Positions 8,385 to 16,181 of a stretch of 22,191 nucleotides of DNA are shown one piece after another (within the stretch, counting starts at the first letter, position 1; each line of letters begins with the position of its first letter). The translations under genes were made by a program, and so were the position numbers. The DNA comes from Chthoniobacteraceae bacterium. Lineage in GTDB: Bacteria > Verrucomicrobiota > Verrucomicrobiia > Chthoniobacterales > Chthoniobacteraceae. The notes under the pieces were generated by a model. That model worked only from the letters and a program-made list of their open reading frames with translations. It ran no database searches and was not told the DNA's origin. The DNA is taken from positions 1 to 22,191 of the forward strand of contig JANNXQ010000089.1 in the NCBI GenBank assembly GCA_031409655.1. The letters are read 5' to 3'.

Positions 8385-10009
8385 CGCCGACCGCTTCCCC
8401 GATCTTGCTACCCGCCGAGACGCCGCCCACGCGGGTGAATGTGGCCGGCTGGGCGTGGGGCCTCGCCATCGCCGGGGTGTGGCTCTGGACGTGGCGGCAC
8501 CTCGCGCTGGCCTGGGGTGCGTTCCCGAATTACGAATACGGCTACGCCGTCCCCTTCCTCGCGCTCTACCTCGCCTGGCAGCGGCTCTCCGCAGACCCCG
8601 ACGCACTTTCCCCGAAGAATCCGCGCGCAATCGGCGGCGGCCTTTTCGCCGTGGTGGCCTGCGGCGCGTGGGGCGGCTTCATGCTCGGCGAACTCCTGCG
8701 CTGCATCGATCCCGTGTGGCGTCCCATCGGCCTCCTGCTCATGGCGGCCTGCACCGCGCTGACGACCGCGTGGCTGCTGCGCACCGGCGGCTGGCGGCTG
8801 CTCGCCTGCGTCGCCTTTCCACTCGCCTTCACCTGGGTCGCGGTGCCGTGGCCGACTTTCATGGAGGCGTCTCTCACCAAAGGGCTGAAGCACTTTGTCA
8901 CCGCGACGAATGTGGAGGCGCTGAACGCCATCGGCGTCGCCGCGATCCAGCAGGGAAATGTGATCGATCTCGTGGGCGGCACCGTGGTGGTGGATGGGGC
9001 CTGCAGCGGCGTCAATTCCCTGCAATCGAGCCTCATGATCGCGCTCTTTCTCGGGGAACTTTTCCGCTTCGGCTTTGGTCGTCGCGTCTTCCTCATCGCC
9101 GCCGGGCTCGGCATTGCGATCTGCGGAAATATGGTGCGCACTTTCTCCCTCGCCTGGCTGGTCCATCGGGAGGGCCATGGCGCCGTGGAACGCTACCACG
9201 ACACCCTCGGCCTCGTGGCCATCCTCGCGATTTACGCCGCCATCATCGCCCTCGGCTGGCTGCTCGCGCGCTCCGGCCTGCCACCGCGCCCGCAGAGCTT
9301 GCCGCAAGCCGGCGCAATGTTCGCCGCCGCACGCCAGTCTCCTTTTGCGGCGGGCTTCGGCGCGGTCGCATTTCTGGCCGTGCCGGTGCTGGCGCTCGGC
9401 TGGTTTGCCGTGAGCCCGGGCGGCGAGATCCGGCAGCAACACAGCGCGCTCTTTTTCCTCCGCGACCAGCCCGTGCCGCCGCGGTGGAAGGCGGAGCCGG
9501 TGAAGCTGACAAAGACGGAAAATGACGCGCTCGGTTTCAGCGAAGGCGAAGCCCTGCAACTGACCACGCCGACCGGCGCGGAAGGCACCATTTTCCACTT
9601 CTTCTGGGCCCCAAATGCCACCCACGCGACGCTCTTCTACGAACACACCCCGGACGTCTGCATGCCCGGCGCGGGCTGGCAGCTCACGAGCCCGCCGCAC
9701 GTCGTCACGGTGCGCGTCGGTGGCGCGGAGACTGCCGCCCGCATCTTTGAGTTTCAGCGCGAAGGCGGCCAGACCTCGGCTCTCCAGATGATCTGGAATG
9801 GCGGCGAGTCCGCGGTGATCGGGAAGATGAACAATGCCGAGGCGCGCGTGGGCCGGCTCGGACTGCTCTGGAAAGGCCCGCGCCGACGCGGCATGGAAGT
9901 AATCACGGCCTTCGTCGCCGGCGGGCTCGACGACGCCCGCCGCATCCGCGAGGTCGAGTCGATGCTCAAAAATTTCCTGACCGCGAATCCGACCGCCGAC
10001 CTCCGCTGA
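8381..10009 (+). CDS. Exosortase fused to a C-terminal EpsI-like domain
   Basis: Multi-TM protein; NYEYGYAVP; catalytic triad Cys (VDGACSGVNSL, 9002), Arg (GNMVRT, 9137), His (YHDTLG, 9197); EpsI-type motif HTPDVCMPGAGW. Confidence 0.92.
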   Translation: MTPTASPILLPAETPPTRVNVAGWAWGLAIAGVWLWTWRHLALAWGAFPNYEYGYAVPFLALYLAWQRLSADPDALSPKNPRAIGGGLFAVVACGAWGGFMLGELLRCIDPVWRPIGLLLMAACTALTTAWLLRTGGWRLLACVAFPLAFTWVAVPWPTFMEASLTKGLKHFVTATNVEALNAIGVAAIQQGNVIDLVGGTVVVDGACSGVNSLQSSLMIALFLGELFRFGFGRRVFLIAAGLGIAICGNMVRTFSLAWLVHREGHGAVERYHDTLGLVAILAIYAAIIALGWLLARSGLPPRPQSLPQAGAMFAAARQSPFAAGFGAVAFLAVPVLALGWFAVSPGGEIRQQHSALFFLRDQPVPPRWKAEPVKLTKTENDALGFSEGEALQLTTPTGAEGTIFHFFWAPNATHATLFYEHTPDVCMPGAGWQLTSPPHVVTVRVGGAETAARIFEFQREGGQTSALQMIWNGGESAVIGKMNNAEARVGRLGLLWKGPRRRGMEVITAFVAGGLDDARRIREVESMLKNFLTANPTADLR

Positions 10010-10016
10010 GGCCACG

Positions 10017-10124
10017 GTGGATGGCGCGCTCCGAGCGCCATGGCAGAGCTGCGCCGCAGGCCATTCTTTGAGGCAGGCGCTGACGCGCGAGCGTTTGTCA
10101 TGGCGCTCGGAGCGCGCCATCCAC
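10017..10124. repeat. Inverted REP doublet (REPIN-like); possible bidirectional terminator
   Basis: Perfect 26-bp inverted repeat GTGGATGGCGCGCTCCGAGCGCCATG (10017-10042 / 10099-10124). Each arm is GTGG plus an internal hairpin. Lies between convergent genes. Confidence 0.8.
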
Positions 10125-10132
10125 TGAGCCCG

Positions 10133-10855
10133 CTACGTCACCAGCACGGCCTTGCTTTCGTCCTCTTGGTACGCGGCGTTCATGAGCAGTGTCTGCCACG
10201 GACAATCGATCGTTCGCTTCCCGCAGCGCTCACTCGGATGCTCGGAGACCTTCCCGCGCTTCCACGAAATAATCTCGTAAACCGCGCGCAACCCGGAGGT
10301 CTCGCCCACCTCGGCATGCACGATCTCGCCGGCCTGGAAATTCACGAAGCCCGACTGCCCACCGGACTCAAATTCGATCATCGTGGTGTCACCTCCGAGA
10401 CACTTGAGCTGCAGGATGTCCACGGGCGTCACGTTCTTCAGCGTCGCGCTGAAATCTTCGTCTGCCGGGCCGGACAGTTCGGCATTGAGGGCCGCGCGGA
10501 TTTTCTCCAGGAGCGGCGCCATCTGCAGCGGCTTCTGGAGGAAATCGAGGACGCCGAGCGCCGCCGAATTCATCTCATACTCCGGGAGCGTGGAGGCCGT
10601 CATCACGATGGCCCGCGCGGAAGGATGGGCCTCGGACATTTTCACCAGGAAATCCAGGCCACTGCCGTCCGGCAATCCGATGTCCACGAGGAGCAGATCG
10701 ATCGGGATGCCGACCACGCGGAGGGTTGCGTCTTCCACACTGCGTGACCAGAGGAGCCGGCAGGAGGGCAGTGCTTTCAGCACGGTGCGCTCGATCAGCA
10801 GACCGGTGACCGGGCAGTCTTCGAGGAGGAAGATGATGGGGTTTTGGGCAGGCAT
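10133..10855 (-). CDS. Response regulator: receiver domain plus DUF4388 (PATAN-like) domain
   Basis: REC motifs LLED, LLLVDIGLPDGSG, VMTA, FLQKP. C-terminal FSATLKNVTPVDILQL...GFVNFQAGEIVHA...IISWKRG. Confidence 0.88.
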   Translation of the reverse strand: MPAQNPIIFLLEDCPVTGLLIERTVLKALPSCRLLWSRSVEDATLRVVGIPIDLLLVDIGLPDGSGLDFLVKMSEAHPSARAIVMTASTLPEYEMNSAALGVLDFLQKPLQMAPLLEKIRAALNAELSGPADEDFSATLKNVTPVDILQLKCLGGDTTMIEFESGGQSGFVNFQAGEIVHAEVGETSGLRAVYEIISWKRGKVSEHPSERCGKRTIDCPWQTLLMNAAYQEDESKAVLVT

Positions 10856-10913
10856 TGGCGGTCAGTGCAGAACCGCGCACGCGTCACGCGACACAGCCCG
10901 GCACTTCAGGCAA

Positions 10914-10929
10914 AGCAGTGCCGATGCCA
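10914..10929 (-). promoter_or_regulatory. Putative sigma54 (-24/-12) promoter of the REC-DUF4388 gene
   Basis: Minus strand TGGCAT-CGGCA-CTGCT (GG-N10-GC), about 60 nt upstream of the ATG. Confidence 0.5.
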
Positions 10930-10987
10930 CCGCCTGCGGGGAAAAAGGAATGGCCCGCGGGCGGCATCTGCGGAAAGGTGCCGCCCC

Positions 10988-12037
10988 TTGGACGACCGCA
11001 CCTCCTTTGCCACGCTGCTCCGCCAGCCCGAGCCGATCCTCGCCCTCGCCCCCATGCAGGACGTCACGGACCTCGCCTTCCTGCGACTCATGACGACCTA
11101 CGGCGGCGCGGACCTGTACTGTACAGAATACTTCCGCGTCCACGCGGACTCCCGGCTAAACCCCGGCATCCTTTCCTCCATCACCGAGAACCCCACCGGG
11201 CGGCCCATCGTGGCCCAGATGATCGGGCAGGACATCCCGGCGCTCGTCCGCATCGCCCGCGAGCTGCAGCAGCACCCCATCGCCGCCGTGGATCTGAATC
11301 TCGGCTGCCCCGCGCCGGTGGTCTATCGGAAGTGCGCCGGCGGCGGCCTGCTCCGCGATCCGCAGAAGGTGGACGCCATCCTCGGTGCGCTGCGGGCGGC
11401 CGTCACCGTTCCCTTCACGGTGAAAACGCGGCTCGGCTTCGATCAAACGGAGGTCTTCGACGAGTTGCTCCCCATCTTCGCGCGGCACTCGCTCGACTTG
11501 CTCACCGTGCATGGCCGCACCGTCCTCGAAATGTATCGCAGCGCCGTGCATTACGAATTCATCGCCCGCGCCGTTGCCGCGATGCCCTGCCCCGTGCTCG
11601 CCAATGGCAACGTCTGCTCCGCCACGAAAGCCGCCGAAGTCCTGACCCTCACCGGCGCGCGCGGCCTCATGATCGGCCGCGGTGCCATCCGCAATCCGTG
11701 GATCTTCCGCCAAATCCGCGAGCACCGCCGCGGCTCCCCCATCTTCCAACCCACCGGGCGTGAAGTCCTCGGCTACATCCACGCCCTCTACGCAGCCGTC
11801 TGCTCACCCGAGGTTGCCGAGGTCTCGCAGGTCCAGAAGATGAAAAAATATCTCAACTTCATCGGCCTCGGCGTGGAGCCGACCGGCACTTTCCTCCACG
11901 CCATCCGCCGGGTGCTGACGCGGGAGGATTTCTTCCGCATCTGCACCGAGCATCTCGATCACGGAGACGCGATGCCCCTCGATCCTTTTCCCATCACCCT
12001 CCAGCCCACCGACAACCTCGCCGGAGAACACTTGTGA
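10988..12037 (+). CDS. dus: tRNA-dihydrouridine synthase (Dus family)
   Basis: LAPMQDVTD, DLNLGCP, TVKTRLG, TVHGRT, ANGNV, GLMIGRGAIRNPWIF. Probable TTG start at 10988 after GAAAGGT. Confidence 0.94.
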   Translation: MDDRTSFATLLRQPEPILALAPMQDVTDLAFLRLMTTYGGADLYCTEYFRVHADSRLNPGILSSITENPTGRPIVAQMIGQDIPALVRIARELQQHPIAAVDLNLGCPAPVVYRKCAGGGLLRDPQKVDAILGALRAAVTVPFTVKTRLGFDQTEVFDELLPIFARHSLDLLTVHGRTVLEMYRSAVHYEFIARAVAAMPCPVLANGNVCSATKAAEVLTLTGARGLMIGRGAIRNPWIFRQIREHRRGSPIFQPTGREVLGYIHALYAAVCSPEVAEVSQVQKMKKYLNFIGLGVEPTGTFLHAIRRVLTREDFFRICTEHLDHGDAMPLDPFPITLQPTDNLAGEHL

Positions 12038-12046
12038 GGAGGCCGC

Positions 12047-12382
12047 TCAGAACTCGAACGGAAACAACTGCTGGATTCGTTGACTGATAAGCCGGCGGCG
12101 TTCCTTGCTGACGATTCCTCGCCGCTCGCGCAGACCAGCCTTGGCGACGAAGTGCATTGCATCCACGCGGCAGAGCGTTTCCCAATCGAGCCCGTCAGCT
12201 CGATCGAGGATGACCTCCACCGGCTTCAAGTCGCGCTGCAACGGCCCGCGCAGGGTACGGCACAGCAGTACATTGATGCGATCAAAGGCCGGGTTGGCGA
12301 CGTGCTGGACGTTGGAGAAGATCACGCACGGATGCGGACCTTCGACCGGAAAATCATCCGTCCAGATTTCCCACGGACTCAT
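12047..12382 (-). CDS. PemK/MazF-like type II toxin (putative endoribonuclease)
   Basis: 111 aa; WEIW...GPHPCVIFSN, LCRVDAMHFVAK, RRGIVS plus a C-terminal helix fit the PemK/MazF pattern. Lies downstream of a small antitoxin-like gene. Confidence 0.75.
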   Translation of the reverse strand: MSPWEIWTDDFPVEGPHPCVIFSNVQHVANPAFDRINVLLCRTLRGPLQRDLKPVEVILDRADGLDWETLCRVDAMHFVAKAGLRERRGIVSKERRRLISQRIQQLFPFEF

Positions 12383-12399
12383 CAGTCGCTCGCCTTGCC

Positions 12400-12609
12400 T
12401 CAGTGATTTTCAAACGCGGCCCAGTCATCCGCCTCGTAGGATTCCGCCAGCCGCCCCGGCTCGATGACCACCACGCTCGCATCCTTCACTGGAGTCAGTT
12501 CGACCACCACACCGGCGCGATTCTGCAGAGGGATCACCTCACCAGCCATCGCCTGATCGCAGACCGAGTCCAACTGCGCCCGTGCGTCGTCTGTGGTAAT
12601 CACTTTCAT
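12400..12609 (-). CDS. Phd/YefM-like antitoxin
   Basis: 69 aa; MKVITTDDARAQLDSVCDQAMAGEVI...VVELTP fits the Phd/YefM N-terminal fold; acidic C-terminus. Confidence 0.75.
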   Translation of the reverse strand: MKVITTDDARAQLDSVCDQAMAGEVIPLQNRAGVVVELTPVKDASVVVIEPGRLAESYEADDWAAFENH

Positions 12610-12711
12610 GGGCAAATGGTGCCACGAGGGGCTCGATAGCGCTACGTCACGGATGCACCGCAAAGCCAGCTCTCGGCATCGGTGGAAAACTCGCTAAAGG
12701 AACATCGCTCC

Positions 12712-14727
12712 ATGACTCCATCCCGCCTGCGTTTCCACCTCGAAGCCACCGCCACCGGCACCCGTGCCCGCGCGGCGACGTTTCACACTTTGCACAATGA
12801 GGTGCGGACGCCGCTCTTCATGCCGGTGGGCACGCAGGCCACGGTAAAGGGCCAGCTCACGCAGGCGCTTGAAGACGCGGGGTCGCAGATCCTGCTCGCG
12901 AATACTTACCATCTCCTGCTGCGCCCGGGGCCCGAAGTGTTCCGGCGGCTGGGCGGGATTCACGAGTTCATGAGTTGGAAACGCTCGGTGCTCACGGATT
13001 CCGGTGGGTTTCAGATTTTCTCGCTGCCGCACTCGCGCTCGATGAGCGAGGCGGGCGCGGCCTTCCAAAGCTACGTGGACGGCCGCACGATCCTCCTGAG
13101 CCCGGAGCTGAGCATCGAGACGCAGAAGGCGATCGGCAGCGACATCATGATGGTGCTCGACCAGTGCATCCCTTCCACCGCGGATGAAGCGGCGGCGCGC
13201 GCGGCGCTCGAGATCACGCAGCGCTGGGCGGCGCGGAGTATGGCGGCGCGCGGCGATTCACCGCAGTCGATGTTTGCCATCGTGCAAGGCGCGCTCTTTC
13301 CGGAACTGCGGCGCGAGAGCGCGGCGGGGCTGTGCGAGATGCCGTTCGATGGCTTTGCGATCGGCGGGCTCGCGGTGGGCGAGGCGCGGAGTGAACGCGA
13401 GGACATGTGCGAATTCACCGCGCAACTCCTGCCCCACGATCGTCCGCGCTACCTCATGGGTGTGGGCACGCCGCTCGATATCCTCGAAGCCGTGCATCGC
13501 GGCGTGGACATGTTTGACTGCATCATCCCCACGCAAGTCGCGCAGCGCGGTGCGGCCTTCACTTCGCGCGGTTATCTCCAGCTCCGGCGCGGCGTATACA
13601 AATTCTCCGAAGACGCGCTCGATCCGCTCTGCGGGTGCCCGACCTGCGCCCGCTACTCCCGCGCCTATCTGCATCATCTCGCAAAGACCGGCGAGCACCT
13701 CGGCTGGCAGCTCCTCGGGCAGCACAATCTGCACTTCTACCACCAGCTCATGCGCGAGATCCGGCAGAGCATTTTTGAGGATCGCTTCCTCGATCTCTAT
13801 CGGGAAAAGCGCGCCTTTCTGCACGAGACGGATTGCGAAAATCCGGTCCACATGCAGAAGCCGAAGAAGCGCCTGGCATTTCATCTCGGCGACTACGAGG
13901 TGCATCGTGCGCCGGAAGGATTTTGCAGCATCCGCCAGATTTCTTCGGGCGAAATCATGCACTCGCGCACGCCGCCGATGGAGGAGGCGCAGCGCCTTTA
14001 CATCGGGCAGTCAAACCTCGCGGAGCGTCTGCGGGCGGAGGAGGAAAGTGCGCTCGTCATCTGGGACATCGGCCTCGGTGCGGCGACGAACGCGATGGCG
14101 GCGATTCACTGCTACGAAGCGCAGGCCGCTGACGGACCCGTGCGACCGATGCGCGTCGTGAGCTTTGAGAACGATCTCGATTCACTGCGACTCGCCCTCC
14201 GGCACAACCGCGAATTTACCTATCTGCGTCACAGCGGCCCAGCGGCGATCCTCGCGGCGGGCGAGTGGCAATCGCGCCCGTATCCGGGCCTGAGCTGGTC
14301 GCTGATGCACGGGGATTTTTCCGCGACGCTCGCCGCCGCGCCCGCGCCGCCGGACGTGATTTTCTTCGACATGTTTTCGATGAACAGCGCCGCCGAGCAG
14401 TGGACCCTCGCAGCCTTCCAGCGTCTCTTCGCCGCCTGCGAAGGCCGCGCCGCCGAACTCTTCACGTACACCTGCTCGACGGCGATCCGCGCCGCGCTGC
14501 TCGGTGCCGGCTTCCATCTCGCGAAGGGATGCAGCGTCGGCGCGAAGGACGAGACGACCATCGCCCTGACTCCAGCCGCACTGCCGAGCCGCCATAATCT
14601 GCTCGGCGAAGAGTGGCTCGGCCGCTGGGAGCGCTCGCACACGAAGATTCCGCCGGAGATCGAACCGGCGCAGCATGGCGCATTTGAGCAGATGATTCGG
14701 GAGCATGCGCAGTTTCGCAGCCGGTGA
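12712..14727 (+). CDS. tgt: tRNA-guanine(34) transglycosylase fused to a C-terminal MnmC/MnmD-type SAM methyltransferase
   Basis: TGT domain (about 12712-13820): FMPVGT, ANTYHL, TDSGGFQ, DQC, VQG, GGLAVGE, YLMGVG, DMFDC, Zn site CGCPTC...HNL. MTase domain (about 13890-14727): GEIMHS...EAQRLY, DIGLGAATN, SFEND, GDF, FFDMFS...WT, TYTCSTAIRAALLGAGF, KDETTIA. One continuous frame; SD AAGGA. Confidence 0.95.
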   Translation: MTPSRLRFHLEATATGTRARAATFHTLHNEVRTPLFMPVGTQATVKGQLTQALEDAGSQILLANTYHLLLRPGPEVFRRLGGIHEFMSWKRSVLTDSGGFQIFSLPHSRSMSEAGAAFQSYVDGRTILLSPELSIETQKAIGSDIMMVLDQCIPSTADEAAARAALEITQRWAARSMAARGDSPQSMFAIVQGALFPELRRESAAGLCEMPFDGFAIGGLAVGEARSEREDMCEFTAQLLPHDRPRYLMGVGTPLDILEAVHRGVDMFDCIIPTQVAQRGAAFTSRGYLQLRRGVYKFSEDALDPLCGCPTCARYSRAYLHHLAKTGEHLGWQLLGQHNLHFYHQLMREIRQSIFEDRFLDLYREKRAFLHETDCENPVHMQKPKKRLAFHLGDYEVHRAPEGFCSIRQISSGEIMHSRTPPMEEAQRLYIGQSNLAERLRAEEESALVIWDIGLGAATNAMAAIHCYEAQAADGPVRPMRVVSFENDLDSLRLALRHNREFTYLRHSGPAAILAAGEWQSRPYPGLSWSLMHGDFSATLAAAPAPPDVIFFDMFSMNSAAEQWTLAAFQRLFAACEGRAAELFTYTCSTAIRAALLGAGFHLAKGCSVGAKDETTIALTPAALPSRHNLLGEEWLGRWERSHTKIPPEIEPAQHGAFEQMIREHAQFRSR

Positions 14728-14739
14728 GTGCAGGTCGGA

Positions 14740-14846
14740 GAAAACGCCAAACCTCAAACTCCAAACTTCAAACACCAAACGAAGAGGCGCCGGCAGGTGG
14801 CGGTTGTTTGGAGTTTGGTGTTTAGCGTTTGAAGATTGGCGTTTTC
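14740..14846. repeat. Inverted heptamer tandem-repeat hairpin (CAAACNN / NNGTTTG, about 6 units per arm)
   Basis: 41-nt left arm gaaaacgc-caaacct-caaactc-caaactt-caaacac-caaac (14740-14780), 25-nt spacer, 41-nt imperfectly complementary arm (14806-14846). Confidence 0.9.
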
Positions 14847-14909
14847 TTCCGCCCTAAATTTTCCCTGTGAAGCCGAGTTCCATCCGGTAATCCCATTCAC
14901 ACCTCTCCC

Positions 14910-16181
14910 ATGAACATCACCCGACGCACCGCCCTCCAACGCACCGCGATCCTCACCACCGGCGCTGCGCTGCACTCCTTCACCACTCTCCGCGCCGCCG
15001 ATGCTGCGAATCGCAAACTGCGCGTCGCCGTGGTCGCACTCGGCCGCGGGATGGGGCACGTCACGGCGCTGCTCGCGTTGCCGGACGTGGAGATCGCCTA
15101 TCTCGCGGAGTGTGATTCGGTGCGGCTCGATCGCGGCTTGAAAGCCGTGGCCGCCAAGCAGGACACGACCTGCGAAGGCGTGAAGGATTTCCGCAAAATT
15201 CTCGAAGACAAAACTGTCGATGCCGTTTTCATCGCCACGCCGAACTTCTGGCACACGCCTGCCGCTCTCCTCGCCATGCAGGCGGGCAAACACGTTTATG
15301 TGGAAAAGCCGGGCAGCCAGAATCCGCGCGAAGCCGAGATGATCGTGGAGGCTTCGAAGAAATACGGACGGCTCGTGCAAATGGGCAATCAGCGCCGGAC
15401 GTGGATGAAGGAGGGGATCGCTGCGCTGCACGCGGGAGCCATCGGCAAGGTGCGGTATGCGCGAGCCAACTATTACAATGCGCGCGCAGCCATCGGGCAG
15501 GGCGCGATCAAACCGTCGCCGGACCTCGACTGGAATATGTGGCAGGGGCCCGTGCCGGACGAGCGCGACATCAAGGCCTACGCGCACTACGACTGGCACT
15601 GGCTCTGGCACTGGGGCAATGGCGAACTCGGCAACAACGGCATCCACTTTCTCGACATCCTGCGCTGGGGGCTGCAGGTCGAATATCCGCTGCGCGTGAC
15701 TTACACTGGCGGCCGTTACTGGCATGACGACAAACAGGAAACGCCCGATACCGGCGTCGCGGTTTATGATTTCGGCCACGTCGGCATGGAATGGAATCAG
15801 AGCAGTTGCCACCCGCGGCCCGTGGAGAAAAGTCCCGGTGAGTGTGTCTTTCACGGCGAGGGCGGGACGTTTGCCATCAATCGCGATACCTGGACGGCCT
15901 ATGACTCGAAAGGCGTGGAGACCGCGAAGGGCAAAGGCGCGGGCGGCGGCGACGCGGCACACATCGGCAATTTCCTCGACGCCATCCGCGGCAAGGGCCA
16001 GCTCAACAGCCCGATCGAGGAAGGCCAGAAGAGCACGATGCTTTGCCATCTTGGCAACATCGCCTATCGCACCAACACTGTCGTCCAATGCGATCCCAAG
16101 ACCGGCAAGATGCTGAACAATCCCGAAGGCGAGAAGCTGTGGAAACGGGAGTATCGCAAAGGCTGGGAGCCGCACGTCTGA
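14910..16181 (+). CDS. Tat-exported Gfo/Idh/MocA family oxidoreductase
   Basis: ITRRTAL signal; DAVFIATPNFWH, GKHVYVEKP, VQMGNQRR, NGIHFLD. Confidence 0.93.
   Translation: MNITRRTALQRTAILTTGAALHSFTTLRAADAANRKLRVAVVALGRGMGHVTALLALPDVEIAYLAECDSVRLDRGLKAVAAKQDTTCEGVKDFRKILEDKTVDAVFIATPNFWHTPAALLAMQAGKHVYVEKPGSQNPREAEMIVEASKKYGRLVQMGNQRRTWMKEGIAALHAGAIGKVRYARANYYNARAAIGQGAIKPSPDLDWNMWQGPVPDERDIKAYAHYDWHWLWHWGNGELGNNGIHFLDILRWGLQVEYPLRVTYTGGRYWHDDKQETPDTGVAVYDFGHVGMEWNQSSCHPRPVEKSPGECVFHGEGGTFAINRDTWTAYDSKGVETAKGKGAGGGDAAHIGNFLDAIRGKGQLNSPIEEGQKSTMLCHLGNIAYRTNTVVQCDPKTGKMLNNPEGEKLWKREYRKGWEPHV

Noticed and set aside
5262..8630. 1122-aa minus-strand ORF as a giant GcvT fusion
   Set aside because: Only 5262-6365 is GcvT. 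The rest is the stop-free antisense shadow of the TPR gene, common in high-GC DNA, and gcvT has its own promoter-like element and GTG start.
8003..10747. Long alternative-frame ORFs (8200-9525, 8408-10120, 10040-10747, the 8003 extension) and similar ones elsewhere
   Set aside because: They are Arg/Pro/Ala-rich shadow frames overlapping well-supported genes, with no recognisable motifs.
14740..14846. CRISPR array interpretation of the short repeats (also 20964-21061)
   Set aside because: Units are 7 nt and tandem with no unique spacers, and there are no cas genes.
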